Assembly (NCBI RefSeq): GCF_009914755.1
Contig: NC_060926.1
Direction: 5' to 3' (one strand)
Source of the DNA: the human T2T-CHM13v2.0 reference genome, Homo sapiens
Length of the DNA stretch: 64,000 nucleotides
Shown here: positions 57,445 to 64,000 of the stretch, in pieces
How positions within the stretch are numbered: position 1 is the first letter of the stretch
Layout: each line of letters starts with the position of its first letter
Translations under genes and position numbers: made by a program
Notes under the pieces: generated by a model
What the model was told of the DNA's origin: nothing
What the model saw: the letters and a program-made list of their open reading frames with translations, nothing else
Database searches by the model: none

Positions 57445-58921
57445 ATGGGCACCGGGCACTGCACATTAGGCCTCAGGGATGGTCCTGGCGATGTCTGGTA
57501 TCGTACCACGGTTTGGCTAAAGATTAAGGGACTAAAACCTGATCCTGACCTTAGATAGTGGCCTAGGAGCGCTCGTGGTTCCAGGACGCGGACCGTAAAG
57601 AAGTGCCAGGGAGCTCTGCTCGGTCCCAGGGCTCCCCAACCCCGCCGCGCCGGGGAATGGCTGCGAGGTCTCTCCCCTGAGGACCTTGAAGGGACCCCGC
57701 GCCTTCTGGGGGCAGCCGGACGATTCTGGCCCAGGTCTCTGAGGGGAATGGGGGCCGGGAGGGAGCATTCGTCTGCAGCTCTAGAGAGAACCCGAGTGAG
57801 AAATCTTCCGGCGCCCCAGGGGGTTCCCGCTCCCCTCCTAGTTGGGCCATGGCCCTGGGACTGGAGACTGCGCCGCAGAGCCCGGGCCCCTGCAGTGCGC
57901 TTGGCTAAATAGAGATCTCAGCCTCGCTGCGCGCCCGATCCGACCCTCCTTATTATAACAAATGTCCCGTTTGCAGAGCGGGACATCATATTCGCGGAGA
58001 ATTCATTCTGAAATATTGATTTCCTCTCACTTCGCCGGCCCAAATCGATAGCGATGCGCCCTGGCCCCATAAATCGCCTTCTCTGCGGCCGGCCGGGCTC
58101 CATCCATCACTGCGGGCCGCGCTGCGCCTCCACCGCTGTCCGCACTCGCTGCGCGCCGGGACGGCTGCGCCCACCAGCCCTGACCCTGGAGCTCCTTCCC
58201 AGCAAAGACCCTGCCCAGCCCTGGCCGGGAAGGGGGAAAACAGGCATCGCGGCCTGGGAGCTCGAGTGTGTTTGAAGGCCCTGCTTCCGGGCGCAGGTGG
58301 GGAGGGGGTTTTGACTCCGCGAGCGGCTTAGTCCTCACCAGCCGGACGCCCCGCGCGCGGCGCCCGGCCTGCCCGGTGCTGGGCCAGGAGGAGTCGGAGA
58401 GCACCTGAGTGCGCTGCCGGCTCCCGGGCCCGGGACCACTGGCTCCATTGCCGTTGGCTTGAGAGATGCGGGGAGCTCACAGTCCAGCCAGGGGAGTCAC
58501 TGGGAAGGACTGCGCGCACCCGAGGAAGAGGACTTAGAGGTCGGGGACGGGGAAACGGCAAGTCCAGCACCGGTGCAGCCCAGGGACAGAGCACGAAGAA
58601 TGTCCACACTAATGCGCCATGCAAGGCTGGGAATGGAGCTCAAAGGAAACCCCCTCTAACTCCACAGAGATCCCCTCACCGATCCATGTGGTCCCTCGAA
58701 ACCGGGCAAGGGCGGCTCAGCTGGCCGGGTGGAACCCCAGTGCCCGAGAACAGCGAGGCGGCTCCAGCGGAGGGCCAGGCCCCAGGCGCCCCAGCTGGGT
58801 CCCCACGCGGGTGGGTCCCGCGAATCCCGTGCTGACGCTCTCGAGATCCAACCACCCGAGCGCACGCACGGACGCTCAGCGGCGCGGGGGCTCGGGGATC
58901 CTGACCACACCGCGTTCTTAC

Positions 58922-58946
58922 CAGATCTGATGGAGTTGTGAGGCAT
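58922..58946 (-). CDS. PAX8: PAX8 exon 2 coding part (MPHNSIRS-G)
   Basis: ATG at 58946-58944 in context CCGGCGATGC. Donor TCTG|GTAAGA. 25 coding nt. Confidence 0.97.
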
Positions 58947-59021
58947 CGCCGGGGAGTCGCTCGCAGCCCGCCGAGGGCTCGGGGCTTCCTCCCGTAGGTC
59001 CGGGCCGCGCCTGCCGCTGCC
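58947..59021 (-). other. PAX8: PAX8 exon 2, 5' UTR part
   Basis: Acceptor tttgtgcag|GGCAGC at 59021. The whole exon is 58922-59021 (100 nt). Confidence 0.9.
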
Positions 59022-59382
59022 CTGCACAAACCCAGGAGAAGGGCATGAGATGCGATGAGATTCGATGCCTGCATCCTCAGGCCCCCTCCCCAGGCCTCAT
59101 CCTTTACACCTGCATCGTCTGCCAGGAGTAGGAGGATTTTTAGGCGAAGTAGGGCCAACCTCAGCCTAGCCTAGCTAACAGGCTTCCCGGGAGGATCAAG
59201 GATTGGGAGTGCGCTGAAGAAGCTCCAGACTCCAACCTCCGTGCCCACTCCCTCCGCTGTCCCAGTCTTATCCCGTTTAACTTGGGAGGGAAAAGGCTGC
59301 CAGGCATCCTGGGACCCTCTCCTTTCTTCCATCCCCCGTCCTCACTGCTAGCCAGCTTCCAGCTAACCCCTGGGTGACATAC

Positions 59383-59473
59383 CTGGCCGGCCGGCTGCAG
59401 GCCCTCACTGCTTGGGTCCGCCCGCGAGGGTGCCCTGGGCCCGGTGTCTCTCCTCCTTCTGAAGTTTGTTCCC
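59383..59473 (-). other. PAX8: PAX8 exon 1 (5' UTR, non-coding)
   Basis: Donor CCAG|GTATGT at 59383/59382. The start is placed ~25-30 nt downstream of a TATA-like GATAAAA and matches my recollection of the mRNA 5' end (GGGAACAAACTTCAG...). No ATG in the UTR. Confidence 0.85.
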
Positions 59474-59600
59474 ATCCACCCGGCATCACCGACCGGTTTT
59501 ATCCCGCTGAGGCCCTGGGAGATGGGTCTGGCGAGGCTCGTAGGCCGCGGATTGGCTGGCTGGGTGCAGGGGGGTGCGGGAAGGGGAGGATTTTGCAAGG
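59474..59600 (-). promoter_or_regulatory. PAX8 core promoter with TATA-like GATAAAA and CCAAT box
   Basis: Minus-strand GATAAAA at 59503-59497 (about -30 to -24) and CCAAT at 59555-59551 (about -80) relative to the inferred TSS. GC-rich context. Confidence 0.7.
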
Positions 59601-60707
59601 GGGACATGGCTGAGTGGACTCAGGAGTTAGAAACATTCGCTGGGAGCTTCTGTTTCCAGCGGAGGGAAGAGGGAGGCAGCTGAGCCCTAACTCAGCAGGC
59701 CTGGAAATATTGGAGGAGTGGGGAACAGAGGCCTAGGAGCCTGAGGATGAGGTTCTCTGGGTCCTCCTGGGTCACTGACCACCAGAAGTGAGAGGGATGG
59801 TCTCTGTAGGATGCCCTCCTTGCCCCCTGTCTCCCCTGGTTTGCTCACCAGGAAGCAGCCTTTTCTTTTGTAAAAGGAAGGAGGGAACTTCTGTTTTATG
59901 CCTGATTCTTTAGGTAGAGCCTGCTTTCGGGGCTGTAGGCAAGATGCTATTACCTTCTCACCACAGCTATGACCTCTTCCAGGGAAGAATCCTGAGCAGC
60001 ACCTGAAGCCATTCCCTCTGTTCTACACAGATAGCGTTCACACCCTTGCATTGTCAGGCTAACAAAATTGTCACATAACCCATTCCACAGCAACTCCTCG
60101 CCTCTCTCCTCTGGAACACACACGCAGCCACCTGCCCTCTTTCTTGCTCCTTGAGGATTTTGAACTTGGAAGAAGAGTTCAGGGGAAGGGCATTGAGGGC
60201 CTAGACTTCATCTCTGTGTGGAAAGGCCTTAGAAAGGAACAGGACTGAGCTGACCTCTGGCCTGGTCTGTAGGAATCAATAGCCTCAGCAATATGGGGGC
60301 CTGGGTGTGGTTAAGAAGGGGTCCACTGGTGGGAATGATGGCAGGGTTGGTGAGCCCTGGGACCGAGCAGAGCTGCCTGGCACCTCTTTACCTTAGTGAT
60401 GGCAAAAGCTGCCCCCTCCTTCCTCATAGTTCTCTCAGTCGGGGAACCGGGGTACACGTAAGATTGTGAGTGGGTATGAGTGAGCAAATGTCCTGGAACA
60501 CTGGCAGGCCTGGGGGTCAAGGCCTGGATGCTCCTCCAATCTTTGGCCAGACCTCTGGACTCAGGATTACAGTCTAGAGGACAGCCATGCCCTTTTCAGT
60601 GATGGCTCTGCAGGCCTGGTGGGGTTGTTCTGGGACAGGAGGCTAAGAAGCCAGTGGGAGGGGGGCAAGGAAGGTGCAGGGGAAACTGGGATATTCAGGG
60701 GGATTGG

Positions 60708-60708
<1 letters not shown>

Positions 60709-60739
<31 letters not shown>
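60709..60739. repeat. (GT)n microsatellite about 1.25 kb upstream of the TSS
   Basis: Seen directly. Confidence 0.93.
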
Positions 60740-60742
<3 letters not shown>

Positions 60743-61964
60743 CACATATGTACACGTGTGTGAAAACACATGAACTATTTTTCTGAATTAAAAAAGTTTT
60801 CTCTTTCATGTCAATCCACAACCTCCTTCCACCCAGTCTTTCTCATTTCTCAATTTAGGAGAAATGAATCATCTTGTGAAAAAAGAGAGAAGAAGATGTG
60901 TATCCCTACATGTTTCCTCCACATTTGCAAAGAGGGGCTGTAAACAAAAATAGTTGGTGCTTCATCATTTTAAATCTTTCTCTAAAATTGTAATTTTAAA
61001 TATCTCTGTGGTTTTCAAAGCTCCAGATCCCTAACTTCTCTGGCAGTCCCTCCCAGAGAGAGACAATCCAAGGGTGTTGGGATGGAAATGGATCTTGGCA
61101 TAGGTCCTCCGGACCCCATGGGCCAGTTTGCTGCCCTGGATTGTGTCCTGCTGCAGGGGAGGTGTGGAGTGTGGCAGCCACAGCAGAAACTCTCTTTGTC
61201 CACCCAGGATTCCCTCCCACCAGGGAGGCAATGCTCCAGGGTGAATCTAATACGCCCTCATTTCAAACAGCTCTGACAACCTTAGAGATTCTACCCAATC
61301 TAAGGTTCTGATACGTACCAATAGCCATTGACTCTCATGCAATCATTCTTGCCTGTGCACATCTTTTCTGCCCAAGCAATGAACCCTCTCCCTTTCCTAT
61401 CCCCTTTTTGGGCAAAATTTCTTAGAGGACAAATCCAGCAAGTTATCAGAACATTCCTGTCCCATTTATAAATTTATCTTTAAAATTTCATTTCAAGGTA
61501 AAAACAATGTGCACTGTTCAAGGTTACTCCTCAGGGAAAAACACACCCCACACCTTGACAGTACCTCTTCTCCAGACTGCAGGTGACATAGCAGGTGACC
61601 AGAAGACTCAGCAGAGAAGATCTAGGACGAGCAAGAAGTGAGAATGCAGTGAACTTCTGCTGCAGAGATAAACACAGGCCTCCTGGACTGACCCTGCTTC
61701 TAATTAGAATCAGAAATCAGGCCTGGGTTCCTTGGTACTTCCTAATTCTCTGAGACCAAGGCCAAGGAAATGTCATTAACTGGTGCTTTAACTCTGTCTC
61801 TTTGGCATCAGTCTCCTCCTCTGCAAAACGAAAGGTTTGAAATACATATATTTTTAAAATCACCTATTATCACAGTATTTTTTCAAACTTAAAATCCATG
61901 ATGCTTTTAGTTAAGAATAAAAATCATATGCCTTCCTATGATGATATTTGAAATTTTAAAATAA

Positions 61965-62305
<341 letters not shown>

Positions 62306-62731
62306 AGGCCTTAGAACTCACTTTTTAAAATGAATACCTCATTTGCCAACTTTTCTTCTCAGGCTTGATGCCCATAAGGCTTTTGTGGCAATATTATCAA
62401 CTGGCAACTAGTTATAATTTTTTTAAACTCAGTGTTTTTTTGAGAAAATGTAATTCATTGCCAATATCAAAATACAGAAGTAGAGACGAGAGACTAACTC
62501 TGCCTTGCCTTTGAAAATGCAAGAGATCTGGCCGCAGATCTGAGCGTTTCTTTGTGGAAATGAACATTCTTTCAGGTTTAACATTCCAACAATCCTAGGT
62601 AATTGCCTAACTACAGTGGTTTTTGAATTTGCATAATATCCCACAATTTGTTTAATTCTATGCTGATCTGCTGAGCCTTCAAAAGATGTTCTTTCTTTTC
62701 TGGACTCAGCTGTAATGCACTGGGCTGGTGG

Positions 62732-62840
62732 TAGGGTAATAAAGTGCCCTGGTTTGCCCTGGACGAAAACCAACAGTGTTTTCTAGATGCGAGTTAAAAC
62801 TGGGACTTTCCCGGGCAAATCAGGATGAATTGGTCATCCT
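62732..62840. mobile_element. MER81-like palindromic MITE
   Basis: TAGGGT...CCTGGTTTGCCC.GG pairs with CCGGGCAAATCAGG...ATCCTA; about 110 bp. Confidence 0.65.
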
Positions 62841-64000
62841 AGCTGATTAGAGTGTGGGAGTGGGATGGTTTGGGGGTCTTTTATAAGCTGCCGTGTTTCA
62901 ACTGACTATTGGGTGGGTGATTGTTTGCACACTTGGGTCATTCTACCTGCTGGCTCAGGTGACTGAGACCCTTGAACTCCAGTAGGTCCATGAGCTCTTC
63001 CTCTTACTCCTATGTACCCTGGTTTCTCTGGGCACAATGCCCAGAGACCAGCCTCGAGGGAAGACCACTGCTCCCAACAATCCTCCTGGCTTACTTGCCA
63101 CCATGCCACTTCCCCTACGTAACGAACCATTGTTGGGACTAAAGTACATCCCTTCAGGAAGAAAACAGCAGCTCTCTACTTTGCATCAGAGGTGAGTGTT
63201 CCAGCCCTAATTGTGTAGAATGGGATGATTTCTTCTGCCCGAACCTCAGTTTCCCCTTCTGCATGATGTGGATATAGACGGGGGGCTGGGGAGGGTCAGA
63301 CCCACCTCGTAGCTTTGTTGTGAGGACGAATAAAATTATGAATGTGAAGGCCCTTTGAAAACTACACCTCTGTACAAAAGTTAATTATTATTAGACAACA
63401 AAGGCAGAGGAATACATCCAAAGAGGGCAAAGTTAAAATGTCCCTAAAGTTTTGCTGTGGAAGTCGGTTCCTTTAATCCTTTCCCAAAGGAGCCTTGGAG
63501 AGGAAAGGGCCAGTGAGCCCGTGCCTGTGGGTGCAGGCGTGGGTGCAAGGGTAGCAGTGGGGCAGGGGTGTCTGTGAGGGCAGCAATTAACATTCGTTGA
63601 CCCAGAGAGAGGGGAGAGTCAATGGCAGAAGGCCAGCACCCCAGCAGAACTTCCAGCAGCGACTTCATCATTTTGCAGAGGGCAGAAGTGTTCAGGGCAC
63701 TGGCAGTTTTCGCTCCACCCTCTCCCCTCACAGACTTGCCCAATCCTGCCGAAGCCACGTGGGATTTCAACCCTGTCCCTGCACTCAGGAAATGGCCAAC
63801 AGCCTGCCCTGGGGCCTCCTGGTGGCAGTGCCTGAAAATCAATCATTAATTATTCCAGGTTCTCCACCTCCCTAGGCTTTGAAAACTCAGAAATAGAAAT
63901 ATAGGTCCTGGCAGGTGAAAGGAAAAGAGCCACTGGTTGGGCTGCCGAGGGCAGTTTGGAAGAAACCACTGGTGGCATTTGTCCAGTTGGTTTGGGTAGG

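Larger units (their letters stand above)
57560..59580. promoter_or_regulatory. CpG island covering the promoter, exons 1-2 and the start of intron 2
   Basis: Visibly high GC and CpG density (many CGCG, GCGC, CCGG), free of interspersed repeats. Boundaries approximate. Confidence 0.85.

Noticed and set aside
57563-59683. Many overlapping 60-160 aa ORFs
   Set aside because: Expected in GC-rich CpG-island DNA. Only the 25 nt of exon 2 are supported as coding.
63380-63392. HNF1-like GTTAATTATTATT
   Set aside because: It lies in the AT-rich tail of a MIR element and is likely incidental.

Overview
Mammalian (human) genomic DNA containing most of the PAX8 paired-box transcription factor gene on the minus strand. 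It runs from the promoter and non-coding exon 1 (~59.4 kb) through coding exons 2-11, all with GT-AG boundaries that join into one reading frame (1276 coding nt in the window). The last exon lies left of base 1. A CpG-rich region around exons 8-9 holds a 14-unit, 44/45-bp minisatellite and plus-strand splice signals consistent with the antisense lncRNA PAX8-AS1. The rest is intron and upstream sequence with Alu, MIR, L2, MLT1 and hAT-MITE fossils, microsatellites and several repeat-free blocks that may be enhancers. I see no evidence of a wholly new biological system. The most interesting under-described structures are a triplicated exon-6 splice acceptor with two out-of-frame decoy copies, the higher-order intron-8 VNTR, antisense splice donors embedded in PAX8 codons, and inverted Alu pairs bracketing alternatively skipped exons. 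Repeat family names are recognised by eye, not from a database search.
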